A DNA stretch of 64,000 nucleotides from an uncultured Clostridium sp. (GTDB lineage Bacteria; Bacillota; Clostridia; TANB77; CAG-508), in contig CAOKQZ010000004.1 of assembly GCA_948471055.1 (NCBI GenBank), positions 9,331-73,330 on the forward strand, given 5' to 3'. Made by a program: the position numbers and the translations under genes. The notes under the pieces were generated by a model. That model saw only the letters and a list, made by a program, of their open reading frames with translations. It did not search any database and was not told the DNA's origin. Positions 1 through 10,527 of this stretch are shown here, one piece after another; the stretch's first letter is position 1, and every line of letters begins with the position of its first letter.

Positions 1-7
1 ATGCTAC

Positions 8-43
8 AAAAGGAACCCCTTAGGTTAACTGAGGGGTCCTTTT
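8..43. terminator. GC-rich hairpin flanked by A/T runs (bidirectional terminator candidate)
   Basis: Inverted repeat AAAAGGAACCCCT ... AGGGGTCCTTTT. Confidence 0.5.
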
Positions 44-72
44 GTGCGTTGTTATAAATGTAATAACATATT

Positions 73-155
73 TGGTGTCAATGGTGGGACTCGAACCCAC
101 ATGGTTTCCCGCATCATTTTGAGTGATGTGCGTATACCAATTTCGCCACATTGAC
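73..155 (-). tRNA. tRNA-Leu (anticodon CAA), 83 nt, long variable arm, encoded CCA
   Basis: The reverse complement folds as a cloverleaf. Acceptor GTCAATG/CATTGAC; anticodon stem CATCA/TGATG with loop CTCAAAA; T-arm GTGGG-TTCGAGT-CCCAC; 3' ACCA. Confidence 0.85.
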
Positions 156-292
156 ATATTTTATATTATTTAGATGATTTTACAATTATGTTAGATATTT
201 GTTAGATGTTGGAACTAATTTCGGCACTAGCTAATATCTAAACATTACTATTTTCAATATATGTAGGATTTACATATTAAAAAATCCATTTA

Positions 293-333
293 GATTTTGA
301 GTCGTGTGCGTCTACCAATTCCGCCACTCGGGC
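293..333 (-). pseudogene. Orphan 5' half of a second tRNA-Leu(CAA)-type gene
   Basis: The reverse complement is GCCCGAGTGGCGGAATTGGTAGACGCACACGACTCAAAATC (acceptor, D-arm, anticodon loop). No 3' anticodon stem, variable arm or T-arm follows. Confidence 0.7.
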
Positions 334-407
334 ATATTAAATTTTTCTATTTTGTACTGCTCCATATACTGACGCTGTAACTCACTTTCGTTCGAACAGC
401 CTCAGAA

Positions 408-426
408 AATTCCGCCACTCGGGCAT
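408..426 (-). repeat. Second, shorter copy of the same tRNA 5' end
   Basis: The 19-mer AATTCCGCCACTCGGGCAT is identical to 317-335. Confidence 0.7.
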
Positions 427-484
427 GTTTACTTTAGTATCTTACCATATTTTAAAGAGCTAGTCAACCTAGCTCTTGCATTTT

Positions 485-1670
485 TTAATTTTCCTTTAAA
501 ATTTCACTTTTAAAGGATGTTCCTTCTAGCTTCTCTAAATTTAGTATATCTAAAATCGTTGCTGAAATGTCTGCAAATGTGGAACGAATTCCTAAATTGA
601 TACCTTGTTTTATTTGTTCTCCATATACTAAAATTGGTACATATTCACGGTCATGGTCGGTAGATGGAGTGGATGGGTCGTTTCCATGGTCTGCGGTAAT
701 GATTAGTATATCGGTTGGTTTTAATTGTTCTATGATTTTTGGTAATTTGCTATCAAAATATTCTAGTGCTTCCCCATAGCCTTCTATGTTATTTCGATGC
801 CCATATAACATATCAAAATCCACTAAATTTGTATAAATTAGCCCTTGTGTGTCTTTTCCTATTTCTTCTATTGTTTTTTTAATTCCATCTTCATTACCAT
901 TTGTATGAATTATTTTTGTTATACCTCTTTCGGAAAATAAGTCTTGTATTTTTCCAATGGCGATTACATCTTTTCCATTTTCTTTTATAACATCTAGCAT
1001 GGTTCTTCCAAAACGTTCGGATTCGAAATCTTTCCTGTGATAGGTTCTTGTAAAATTCTCGTTTTTATCTCCTACAAATGGTCTTGCAATTACCGTTCCC
1101 ACATTATATTCTGGCTTATCTAATATTTCTCTTGCTATTTTACAGATTTCATATAATTTTGAAACTGGAATTACCTCTTCATGTGCAGCAATTTGGAATA
1201 CGCTATCTGCTGAGGTATAAATAATCGGATAACCTGTTTTTACATGTTCCTCTCCAAAGCGTTTTAGAATTTCGGTTCCAGAGCCTACTTCATTACAAAG
1301 AATTCCGCCTACCCCTGTTTTTTGTATAAATTCTTTTATTAGCTCTTCTGGGAAAGCATTGGGATATGTTTTAAATCCATTTCGTAAAATAAATCCAGAC
1401 ATCTCCCAATGTCCTACTGGACTGTTTTTTCCGAACCGATTGCTCCATTGCTTTTCCAAAAGCCCCTATTGGACTATGTTCTTTTTCTTCTTTTACATCA
1501 ATTTCTTTAATATTATATAACCCCAATTTCTTCATATTGGGTAAATCTAATTTTGTATTATTATAAATCCCCCTTAATGTATTTGCTCCTTCATCGCCAT
1601 ATTCCTTTGCATCTGGTAATTCTCCAACACCAAAGCTATCTAACACAATAACAATTGCTCTTTTTATCAT
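485..1670 (-). CDS. deoB: Phosphopentomutase; frame needs a +1 shift at CGG (1431-1433)
   Basis: N-terminal ORF (IVLDSFGVGELPDA) and C-terminal ORF (GKNSPVGHWEMSG...DHGNDP) are the two parts of one DeoB. The junction reads GTT-C-GGA-AAA. Confidence 0.9.
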
Positions 1671-1724
1671 TTTCGTTCTCCTTCCTAATTTATCATGCTA
1701 CAAACATTTTATACTATCATTTTA

Positions 1725-4001
1725 TCACTCTGTCTTGTCTTTATTTTCTTTTATTTCATATTCGTACATATTTACCTTTGTTGTCGCCACTTTCGTTTCT
1801 TCTTCTACTTTTAGTATTCGAAATTTCTCTTTTTGTTTTAACATAATTTCATAATCTTTTAAATTTACGAGACATTTTGAAGTAATATTCATTCCAAATG
1901 GCAATGTTTTATTATCGTTATCATAATACATGCTATTGGTAAAATAAATCACTGGCATTTGCCTTTTTACATTAATTCGGTACAAGTTAATCTCCTTTGT
2001 TTCTCCTTCTTGTTTTATTGCTTCTTCTGGTTTTATATAAAAAATTTGCATATTCTCTTGGTTTAATTCTTCTTGTACACAATAAAGCGGAATACTTACC
2101 GGTGAAGAAGCTTCTTTCATCATTTCTTGTATTTGTTTTAAAATTGTTAATATCTTTTCTTTGTATTCTTCTAATGTTACATTTTTGGTAATATCTAAAA
2201 TTTTGAATTTATCCTTTTTGACTTCTCGATGTTTTTTTCCAGCTAACATTTGCACTTTTGTACGGTCTTCCGATACATTCCCAAATAAATCAAAGTTTTC
2301 TTGGTTAAATAAAATTCTTTCCTTTTTTGCCTCTTCTTTTAGTTTTTGCAAACTTTCCTCAAAATCTTCCTTTTTTTTCTCTCCTTTTAGTAAAGATAAT
2401 AACTCTGTTTGAGCAATGAAAATTGTATCTGTTTGTCCCTTCGTCAATTGTTTTCGTTGCGTTTTATCAATTAATACTGCCATTTCCTCAAAGTCTTCTT
2501 CATAATCAAATATTTTTTCAAATTTACTAATATTCTTATCTTCCTCTTCTGGGGCCTGTAAGAGTGCTTGTTCATCTTTATTGGCAAATCTCCAAAATTC
2601 AAAAATACTTTTTTCATGTTTATCAATTTCTGATAAATATAAGTTTGCATTTTCTATTTTTTTACCAAGAGATTTTATTTTTTGATTTTGTGCTTTTATA
2701 TCTATCTCTAAACTTTTAATCTTTTGTAATTTTTCATCAAATGCCTTATAAATTTGCAAAATATCTTCAATCGTATAATATTCCTTTTGGTCAAATTTTA
2801 TTGTTTCAATTGGTTCTTTCTTTTTTTCTTCTTGTTTTTCTTCTGTTTCGTTCTTTATTTTATTTTGCCATTTCTTTGCTTTTTTCGCCTTCCAAAAATA
2901 TCTTACTTTTCCAAAAAATGTCTTCCTACATTCCAAATATGTTGCAATCATACGCTCTTTTTCAAAATATTCTTGCTCTTTTTGATAAGCTTCCTTTTTA
3001 CTATCTACAAAACTTGTTTCTAATGTTGCTTGCTTTTTTTGTAATTCTTCTATTTCCTTTTTAGCATGTTCATATTCTTTTGTTAGTAACTCCGTTAGTT
3101 TATCATAAGTAATTTTTCTTTCCTGATATTCAAATTCCAATATTCCTTTTGCATTTATTTTCGTTTTAAAAGTATAATGATGTGGTAATTCTGTCTCTAA
3201 AATAAATAATGCTTTTATGAATTTGTAAAATTTTTCAGCATCTTCTTTTGTTTTAAAAATTACTTTGTATTCGCTTTCAATTTTCTCATATACTGTCATT
3301 TTCCCTATCATGTGCAAACTCATATTTTCCTCTTTATCATATACTTCATAAGTAGTTATCCAATTTTTAGTAAGTTGCCACATGTATTTTTCTAAATCTT
3401 CTATTTGTGATTTTTTCAAGTATTCTCTCGAATATTCTTCATAAGAAATGGGAACAAATATATATTCTTCTTTTTTGGTTTTCTTTATTTCAAGTTGCTT
3501 TTTTAATAAATAGAAAAATGCACTATAATCCAAATCTTCTGTTGGAACTAGCATAAAATAGGTGTCTGCTATATCAGAGTAGTAAATCTGCCATAAATAA
3601 TTTCTTTGATATTTAACTAAAAATGGCTCTTTGGTTTGTAATTTTTTTTGTTCTTTTTCAATTTCTTCTATTTTGGTAATTTCCATTTGGCTTAACATTT
3701 TCAAAAACGTGGTATGTCTTAAAATATTACCTTCTGTTTTAGAATCCAAATAATCGGAAATGCTACTTGCTTTTGAAAATTTTTCTTGTATGGTATTTAA
3801 ACGGTTACATGGTGTTAATAGAATCTGTATTTTTGAAATTGGTATATATCGATATACTTTATAATTATTATCTTCCATACTTTTTCTCGGCTGATATTCC
3901 AATTTTTTTTGTTTTGTTAAAAAGGTCGGCATTTTGTTCAAATCTAAACCAATATATTCTAAATTTGCTATTATCCTATTTTCATTTGTACTTTTAGACA
4001 T
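1725..4001 (-). CDS. Large (about 758 aa) lysine/glutamate-rich coiled-coil protein, function unknown
   Basis: Long uninterrupted ORF. Start assigned to the ATG at 4001, which has GGAGG 5 nt upstream. No catalytic motif recognised. Confidence 0.7.
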   Translation of the reverse strand: MSKSTNENRIIANLEYIGLDLNKMPTFLTKQKKLEYQPRKSMEDNNYKVYRYIPISKIQILLTPCNRLNTIQEKFSKASSISDYLDSKTEGNILRHTTFLKMLSQMEITKIEEIEKEQKKLQTKEPFLVKYQRNYLWQIYYSDIADTYFMLVPTEDLDYSAFFYLLKKQLEIKKTKKEEYIFVPISYEEYSREYLKKSQIEDLEKYMWQLTKNWITTYEVYDKEENMSLHMIGKMTVYEKIESEYKVIFKTKEDAEKFYKFIKALFILETELPHHYTFKTKINAKGILEFEYQERKITYDKLTELLTKEYEHAKKEIEELQKKQATLETSFVDSKKEAYQKEQEYFEKERMIATYLECRKTFFGKVRYFWKAKKAKKWQNKIKNETEEKQEEKKKEPIETIKFDQKEYYTIEDILQIYKAFDEKLQKIKSLEIDIKAQNQKIKSLGKKIENANLYLSEIDKHEKSIFEFWRFANKDEQALLQAPEEEDKNISKFEKIFDYEEDFEEMAVLIDKTQRKQLTKGQTDTIFIAQTELLSLLKGEKKKEDFEESLQKLKEEAKKERILFNQENFDLFGNVSEDRTKVQMLAGKKHREVKKDKFKILDITKNVTLEEYKEKILTILKQIQEMMKEASSPVSIPLYCVQEELNQENMQIFYIKPEEAIKQEGETKEINLYRINVKRQMPVIYFTNSMYYDNDNKTLPFGMNITSKCLVNLKDYEIMLKQKEKFRILKVEEETKVATTKVNMYEYEIKENKDKTE

Positions 4002-4154
4002 AATTTCCTCCATCTTTTCATTTTCTTTGGTAAGTATACCACAAAAAAATAATTCCTTCAACCAAAATAAAAGAAGATGGCAAAGTAAAAAAAATCCTCG
4101 CCATCCGCTTTTATTTTGGTCAAATCTAACCACTCTCTCGTCTCAATATTTAGT

Positions 4155-4511
4155 TTATATTACTTCATTTAATATTTTTCGAATAACATCTCTTTGTTCC
4201 TTTTTATAAATTTTAGCACATTCTAACAAATCTTTCTCCCATTCTTCGACATCTGCTATAATTTCTCCTGCCTTATGCTCAGAATTCCACAAGTACCATA
4301 TAAAAGTAATTCTATATGACTTTGTTATCTCCCACGATTTTATTTTTTCAAATTGCCTGTCTTTTAGATAGCTAGTCAATGAGTTGTATTCTATATGCTC
4401 TAATATAGCTCTAGCCTCTCTAACATCACCCTTTAGCATTAAGTCTGTTATATTAGACTCTTCTAACATAGACAATTTGTTTTCTATTATCCGAAGAAAT
4501 TGACTTTTCAT
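4155..4511 (-). CDS. Hypothetical protein (118 aa); contains in-frame CGG at codon 7
   Basis: ORF ends 20 nt from the ORF-track limit of the 1725 reading frame (153 nt from its assigned ATG at 4001), so it is probably co-transcribed. No family recognised. Confidence 0.5.
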   Translation of the reverse strand: MKSQFLRIIENKLSMLEESNITDLMLKGDVREARAILEHIEYNSLTSYLKDRQFEKIKSWEITKSYRITFIWYLWNSEHKAGEIIADVEEWEKDLLECAKIYKKEQRDVIRKILNEVI

Positions 4512-4627
4512 GGAATCCCTATCCTTTCTGTATTTTTTTACGAGAGAGTTTTTTTCAAAATTGACTTGATACGATTATATCACTTTGTATAATGTTTTAC
4601 AACATGTTTACAAAGTAAGAAAAAGAA

Positions 4628-4652
4628 GCAAGGTATCAAAAACATACCTTGC
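4628..4652. terminator. Bidirectional intrinsic terminator
   Basis: GCAAGGTAT-loop-ATACCTTGC hairpin with T-rich runs on both strands, just downstream of the 4718 gene. Confidence 0.6.
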
Positions 4653-4717
4653 CTCTTTTTCTTACTTTGGTTAAAATTTCTAACCACATTCTCTCCCATC
4701 ATATTCAGTTTTTCGTC

Positions 4718-5155
4718 CTAATCAAATGCTCCCTCAAGCCTGTACTTTTCATCGAATTCCTTTACATAGCGGTCTGAGAAAAAATCCTCCTCGTCAATTT
4801 CATATAAATCTGCGCCATCAAGCATTTGAACCGCAATATTCTTACCAAGACAATCTGATTCCTTCGCCATTCTATATGCAAATTTGTTCTTATCGTAAAA
4901 AAGATTGGCGTTTATCTCAGAAGTACAGATAGCAGCCCATATTGCTGTTGCCACACAACTTCCCTCAGCAATCTCCTCATCTTGTAAATACAAGTAGTCC
5001 TCTTCCAAAAATTGCTTTACTTCCATAATCACTTGGCAGGGTATTTGTGACAACTCCTCAAAACGATTTGCTTTGACCAAGTCATCCAGATGTTCTTCTT
5101 CTCTTAACCGCTTTACCTCCTGTTGAATAAAAGCTACAACTTCTTCTCTTTGCAT
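4718..5155 (-). CDS. Acidic hypothetical protein (145 aa); in-frame CGG at codon 16
   Basis: ORF followed by a terminator. No family recognised. Confidence 0.55.
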   Translation of the reverse strand: MQREEVVAFIQQEVKRLREEEHLDDLVKANRFEELSQIPCQVIMEVKQFLEEDYLYLQDEEIAEGSCVATAIWAAICTSEINANLFYDKNKFAYRMAKESDCLGKNIAVQMLDGADLYEIDEEDFFSDRYVKEFDEKYRLEGAFD

Positions 5156-5313
5156 TATATTTTCCTCGCTTTCGCTTATTTAAACCGATTTGTCTTGGGA
5201 GAGAATTTTCAAATCAGTTTATGGGAATATTATATACTATTATGTTAATTAATGCAATATATTTATGTAATTTTTATTGTTGTTTTCTATTGAATAATCT
5301 GGAGTGTAACTTT

Positions 5314-6510
5314 TTATTCCTCATTCCTTATTGTCTTCAAACTAAGTGTAACCACCGAGGCAACAATCATCAATATTCCAGAAATCACAAACATCTTCTC
5401 TACACCAATTTCTTCTGCAATTGGTGCTACTAGAAATAACCCAATTGGAGTAGCAAGTTGCATGAAACTCATTACAATCGAGAATACTCTTCCTTGTTTT
5501 TGTGGTTCTATTTTGGTTTGTAGAATAACCGTATAAAGTCCTTCAAAAAATGGCCCCATCATTCCCATAATAGATGTTAAAACCACAAACATCCAAAACA
5601 TAGAACTTGGTATTAGCCCAGATGCAATTAAAGCTACTGCAAAAATTAGCATTGCCACTAAAATCGTATATTGCTTTTTTCGGAAACCAACTTCTTTTGC
5701 CATGGCAATTCCACCAATTAGCATACCAATTGAAAATAGCACTTCTACAATACTTACATGAATAGCTTCTAATCCAAAATAGTTTTTGGTAATTAATGGA
5801 TACATAGAAGCAATTGGCATAAAGATAAGACAAATTACAATCACATAAATGGTTAATATTCGTAAAAATTTTGATTGTTGTATTTCAAAAAATCCTTGTT
5901 TCATTTCTAGTAAAATATTGCTCGTTTCTTCCTTTTTTTCTGGGTTTGGAATACGTACGATCGCAATACTACCAATACCAAATATGGCTCCAATAATATC
6001 TAAAAAGATAATATATGGTAATGGAATGGCGCCAAATAAAATTCCCGCAAGAATTGGGGCAATAATTAAGGTAACTGAGTTGATTACTTGGTTAATTCCA
6101 GATATTTTCACAAGTTTCTCTTTTGGAGCAAGCATTGGAATAGATGCCGTAAAACTTGGAGAATGAAATGTACTTCCTAAGGAACGAACTGCTAAAACAA
6201 TATACATTCCTAAAGTGGAAGGTTCTCCATATAAGAACAAGATACCTAAAATAAGTGTTGCAATCGCAATCATTCCATCTGAATACATCATAATTTTCTT
6301 TCGGTCAAATCGGTCTACAATAACTCCTGCCACTGGTCCTAACAAAATCTGTGGTAAAATCCCTGCAATGGTTGCCATTGCCAAATCAATAGCAGACCCT
6401 GTTTTAAAAGTAATATACCAAATAATGGCATACTGTACAATAGCACTTGTCAATAGCGACATTGTTTGACCAATAAATATAATCGAAAAAGTCTTTTTCA
6501 AGTCTTTCAC
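5314..6510 (-). CDS. MFS transporter (efflux-type)
   Basis: 398 aa with about 12 predicted hydrophobic helices and an MFS-like loop (VDRFDRKK). Confidence 0.8.
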   Translation of the reverse strand: MKDLKKTFSIIFIGQTMSLLTSAIVQYAIIWYITFKTGSAIDLAMATIAGILPQILLGPVAGVIVDRFDRKKIMMYSDGMIAIATLILGILFLYGEPSTLGMYIVLAVRSLGSTFHSPSFTASIPMLAPKEKLVKISGINQVINSVTLIIAPILAGILFGAIPLPYIIFLDIIGAIFGIGSIAIVRIPNPEKKEETSNILLEMKQGFFEIQQSKFLRILTIYVIVICLIFMPIASMYPLITKNYFGLEAIHVSIVEVLFSIGMLIGGIAMAKEVGFRKKQYTILVAMLIFAVALIASGLIPSSMFWMFVVLTSIMGMMGPFFEGLYTVILQTKIEPQKQGRVFSIVMSFMQLATPIGLFLVAPIAEEIGVEKMFVISGILMIVASVVTLSLKTIRNEE

Positions 6511-6638
6511 TTATTTTCACTCTCCTTTGTCCACTTATTTTAACATAAATACACTTCATTGTATACCTTATTTATGTTTATTCTTGCAAAATTACGGTAT
6601 AATTTTAAGATTTTTGTGCAAAATACATGTACTAAGTA

Positions 6639-6667
6639 TTGACATTGCACATATAATGTAATACAAT
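6639..6667 (+). promoter_or_regulatory. Sigma-A type promoter of the relB-yafQ operon
   Basis: TTGACA-N17-TACAAT. An imperfect palindrome (ACATT-N8-AATGT) overlaps the spacer and is a possible autoregulation operator. The RBS AAGGAAGGAG follows. Confidence 0.6.
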
Positions 6668-6688
6668 AGTAAGGAAGGAGATGATATT

Positions 6689-6967
6689 ATGGCTACCACA
6701 AATGTAACAATTCGTATGGACGAAGAATTAAAAAAACAAGCAGAAGATTTATTTTCTGACTTAGGTTTAAATATGACGACTGCTTTTATTTCTTTCATTA
6801 AACAATCTGTTCGTGAACAAAGAATACCTTTTATTCTATCCAGAAACGTACCAAATGCAGAAACAAAATTAGCAATTGAAGAAGTGCAAGAACTGAAAAA
6901 AAATCCTAATAAAAAAACCTACTCTTCTTTTTCCGAACTCGTAAAGGATGTGGAAAAAGATGTATGA
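6689..6967 (+). CDS. RelB/DinJ family antitoxin
   Basis: N-terminus TNVTIRMDEELKKQAEDLFSDLGLNMTTA is typical of DinJ/RelB ribbon-helix-helix antitoxins. Confidence 0.85.
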   Translation: MATTNVTIRMDEELKKQAEDLFSDLGLNMTTAFISFIKQSVREQRIPFILSRNVPNAETKLAIEEVQELKKNPNKKTYSSFSELVKDVEKDV

Positions 6968-7232
6968 AATTGTACCTTCAACAAAGTTTAAAAAAGATTT
7001 AAAATTAGCTTTAAAAAGAAATTATGACATTTCTCTACTCGAACATATTGTAGATACTTTAGCAAATGGAAGAAAACTTCCTGCAAAAAATAAAGACCAT
7101 CCTTTATCTGGTAATTATGCTAATTGTAGAGAATGTCATATTACTTCTGATTGGTTATTAATCTATGAATTTTCTGAAAATGAACACATATTATATCTTA
7201 CTCGAACTGGTACTCATAGTGATTTATTTTAA
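6960..7232 (+). CDS. YafQ/RelE family mRNA interferase toxin
   Basis: KFKKDLKLALKRNYD ... HPLSGNYANCRECHI ... LIY ... LYLTRTGTHSDLF. The ATG overlaps the antitoxin stop (ATGTATGA). Confidence 0.85.
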   Translation: MYEIVPSTKFKKDLKLALKRNYDISLLEHIVDTLANGRKLPAKNKDHPLSGNYANCRECHITSDWLLIYEFSENEHILYLTRTGTHSDLF

Positions 7233-7323
7233 TTGATTTAATTTTACTCTTCTAGTTTTTTTATAAACCTTCCATTCATATCCCATTACATTCTTCATAT
7301 ACATATATACGAGGTGGATTTCG

Positions 7324-8413
7324 TTGTTTATTCGTTCGGTTAAAATTAATAAATCCTATTTATTGTTTTCGAGTATTGTAATCAGTATTTTACTTATTTT
7401 AATTGTAGTTTGGGTTTTGTATCCTATTTCTTTACCAGTCAATTCCTCGGATTTAATTTGGGAAAATACGGTAGATTCTACTGATACTTCTAAGAAATCC
7501 TATATTAAATGGGTCGATTTTAATGTAACTTTTGATGTATTGGATAAAACCGCTAAATTAGATATTAATTCACACAATAATGGCAATATTGTTACTTATA
7601 ACTGGATTGAACTACTTAGTTATCTTGGTTGTAAATATGGGGGAAATTTTAAAAAGTTTAAACAAACGGATTTGAATTCCCTTATTCAAAAATTAGATAA
7701 CGGTTCTACGATGGATGAATTAACCAAAAATATGAAACACTATTCCTATTACTATGAAGCATTTGACGCCATTTTACATGAATTCATTGGCGAATATGAA
7801 GTAGAAGCTCCTGAGGCTGGAAGCGAAACCGTAACTTATGTAAAAAAATACGGCGTAAAAGCCTTTCTTCCCATTGCCAAAAATTATAGTTTTAGCCATT
7901 ACGATGATTTTGGCAATGCTCGTTCTTATGGGTTTAAACGTGTACATCTAGGAAACGACTTAATGGGCTCTATTGGCACTCCTATTATTGCGGTAGAATC
8001 GGGAACCGTTGAAGCCCTTGGTTGGAACCAATATGGTGGATGGCGAATTGGAATTCGCAGTTTTGATAAAAAACGTTATTATTACTATGCTCATCTTCGT
8101 AAAGACCACCCTTATGTAAAAAATTTACAAGTTGGTCAAACCGTAAAAGCTGGTGATGTAATACGGATACCTTGGTATGACCGGTTATAGTACCAAAGAA
8201 AATGTAAATAACATTAATGTTCCTCATCTTCATTTTGGAATGCAATTAATTTTTGATGAATGTCAAAAAGATGGCAATAATCAAATTTGGATTGATGTGT
8301 ATCAAATAATTGAATTTTTAAGAAAAAATAAATCGGAAGTACAAAAGGAAAACTCGGATTCCAAAGATTATATACGAAAATACGATATTCTTGACCCTGT
8401 TATTCAAGATTAA
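7324..8413 (+). CDS. M23 family metallopeptidase; frame needs a +1 shift at CGG (8164-8166)
   Basis: HLGNDL ... GDVI-G-YLGMTGYS ... PHLHFGMQ. TTG start with GAGGTGG RBS. Junction ATA-C-GGA-TAC. Confidence 0.85.
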
Positions 8414-8429
8414 GAACTAGGAGGCTATT

Positions 8430-9296
8430 TTGAACATTCACTTTCACACTATAAAATTAAATTGCAAAATTATCGCCCTTTTCTTTGCTATTTTGCTTAT
8501 TTTTCCTTGCATCTTTGTGTATTCTTTTGTGGCAAAAGCCTCTTACGAAGAAGGCGTCATGGTTCCCATTGTGATGTACCACAGTATTTTAAAGGATTAT
8601 AAAAGAAGCGGAAAATATATTATTACTCCCGCTACGTTAGAAGAAGATTTAAAATATATCGCAAACAATGGTTATACCACCATTACCATGTCGGATTTAA
8701 TTTCCTATGTATACGAAGACACACCTTTACCTGAAAAACCAATTATTCTTACCTTTGATGATGGGCATTATAATAACCTAGGCTATGCAGTCCCTCTTCT
8801 TGAAAAATACCACATGAAAGCAGTTATTTCCATTGTAGGAGAATATACCGATACCTTTTCTAAAACCGATGAAGCCAATTTAAATTATAGCTATTTACGT
8901 TGGAAAGATGTGAAGGAATTAATCTCTTCTGGTACCATTGAGTTTCAAAATCATACCAATAACTTACACGCTACTTCCAATGGAAGAATGGGATGTTCTA
9001 AAAAAAGCTATGAATCTAATGAAAGCTATTCCAATATTTTATCCAATGATATTTTAACCTTACAAAAGAAATTTTGGCAAAACACAGGCTATATGCCAAA
9101 TACTTTTACCTACCCTTTTGGCTCTATTAGTAAGGTTTCTCTTTCTATTATTAAACAACTCGGGTTTAAAGCAAGCCTTTCTTGCACTTCTGGCATCAAT
9201 TACATTACCAAAGACCCAGATTGTTTATACTGCCTAAAACGAAACAATCGCCCCTCTGGCATTACTACCGAAGATTTCTTTAAAAAGATGAAATAA
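8430..9296 (+). CDS. Polysaccharide deacetylase family protein (NodB-type)
   Basis: N-terminal TM segment and the TFDDGHYNN motif. TTG start after GGAGG. Confidence 0.8.
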   Translation: MNIHFHTIKLNCKIIALFFAILLIFPCIFVYSFVAKASYEEGVMVPIVMYHSILKDYKRSGKYIITPATLEEDLKYIANNGYTTITMSDLISYVYEDTPLPEKPIILTFDDGHYNNLGYAVPLLEKYHMKAVISIVGEYTDTFSKTDEANLNYSYLRWKDVKELISSGTIEFQNHTNNLHATSNGRMGCSKKSYESNESYSNILSNDILTLQKKFWQNTGYMPNTFTYPFGSISKVSLSIIKQLGFKASLSCTSGINYITKDPDCLYCLKRNNRPSGITTEDFFKKMK

Positions 9297-9311
9297 CCTT
9301 TGCTAGTGGCT

Positions 9312-10406
9312 TTATCTATCAAAAATCGCTTTTCCTACTCCCTTATCAATGGTTGTGGCAAATATGTTTTTTAGTATAATTAGTACAATAGGACCAATAA
9401 ACATACCCAATACACCGATTGCTTTAAAACCTGTGTACATGGCAATCAAGGTAAAAATTGGGTGAATTCCAATGTGATGGCTTACTACTCTTGGTTCTGC
9501 AAATTGCCTAATTACGCACATGACAATCCATAGCCCTAGTATGCAAAGAGCTAGGGTAATATCTCCATTTACTGCCGATATAATCGCCCATGGAACCATG
9601 GCACTACCAGAACCTAAAATAGGAAGTGCGTCTACAAATCCAATTCCTAGTGCTGCAAGCAACGGATACCCTACTTTTAATCCTGCAAATTTGAAGATAT
9701 ATAAGCCAATTAATGATACAATAAAAGAAATAAATACCAAAGTTAATTCGGCTTTTAAATATCCTCCTAAACTAGAAATTAATTCTCGTATATGTTTTCC
9801 AATACGTTTTACCCATTCTTTGGGTAGATGATGTTCTAATTGGTCTATCATATATAGCTTGTCTGTACAAATAAAATAAATCGCCACAAAACAAATTCCT
9901 ACATATATGGCTATTTTCGGAATTTCGGTTAAAAAATTCATCATGGAAGTAAGAAATTCTTTTATCCAATTGGATACGGTTCCAATAAAATCCCATAAGG
10001 AATTTTGAATAACATTGGTTACATTTTCTGGAATTTTTAATTTTTCGAAATTGATGTTTTCAATAATTCCTTGTATTTGATGATATGCAGTTTCAATGTA
10101 TTGGTTTAGGCTTTGTAACAAGTTGGTAGATTCTTGAATAAGTACCGTAATCCCCCAAGCAAGAAGTGCTACTAATATAAGCGACACGAAAATAAGGACA
10201 AGTATTGCACTTGTTTTTCTAGTAAAGCTTGTCCTTTTATGAACAAAGCGAATAAGTGGCTCCATAAATAACGATATAATAAATGCGATTAAAAATGGCA
10301 TGTAAAAAACTGCCAGTTTAAACGCTAAATAAATTCCAATAATACTTAATACAAGGACAACAATTCGTTTTGATACCTTTGTCCAATATCCCATATCAAT
10401 AACCAT
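9312..10406 (-). CDS. ytvI: AI-2E family transporter / sporulation integral membrane protein YtvI-like
   Basis: 364 aa polytopic membrane protein with the characteristic C-terminal region (DALPILGSG...PW). Confidence 0.7.
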   Translation of the reverse strand: MVIDMGYWTKVSKRIVVLVLSIIGIYLAFKLAVFYMPFLIAFIISLFMEPLIRFVHKRTSFTRKTSAILVLIFVSLILVALLAWGITVLIQESTNLLQSLNQYIETAYHQIQGIIENINFEKLKIPENVTNVIQNSLWDFIGTVSNWIKEFLTSMMNFLTEIPKIAIYVGICFVAIYFICTDKLYMIDQLEHHLPKEWVKRIGKHIRELISSLGGYLKAELTLVFISFIVSLIGLYIFKFAGLKVGYPLLAALGIGFVDALPILGSGSAMVPWAIISAVNGDITLALCILGLWIVMCVIRQFAEPRVVSHHIGIHPIFTLIAMYTGFKAIGVLGMFIGPIVLIILKNIFATTIDKGVGKAIFDR

Positions 10407-10527
10407 ATTTTCCCTCTTTCTAAATGCATGAACCCTTAGGCGATTAAAATCGCCCCTACTGTTTTATTTCGTAATACAATAATAGAAGTAGGTTCTCCTA
10501 CTTCTATTATATGAAATGTTTTATGAA

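Noticed and set aside
4002-4133. N-terminal 44-codon extension of the 802-aa ORF in the track
   Set aside because: The extension is hydrophobic nonsense with no RBS. The ATG at 4001 has GGAGG at ideal spacing.
1-5300. Integrated prophage or ICE at the tRNA-Leu locus
   Set aside because: tRNA fragments and orphan genes are present, but there is no integrase, recombinase, phage structural gene or clear att duplication. It is only reported as a possible islet.
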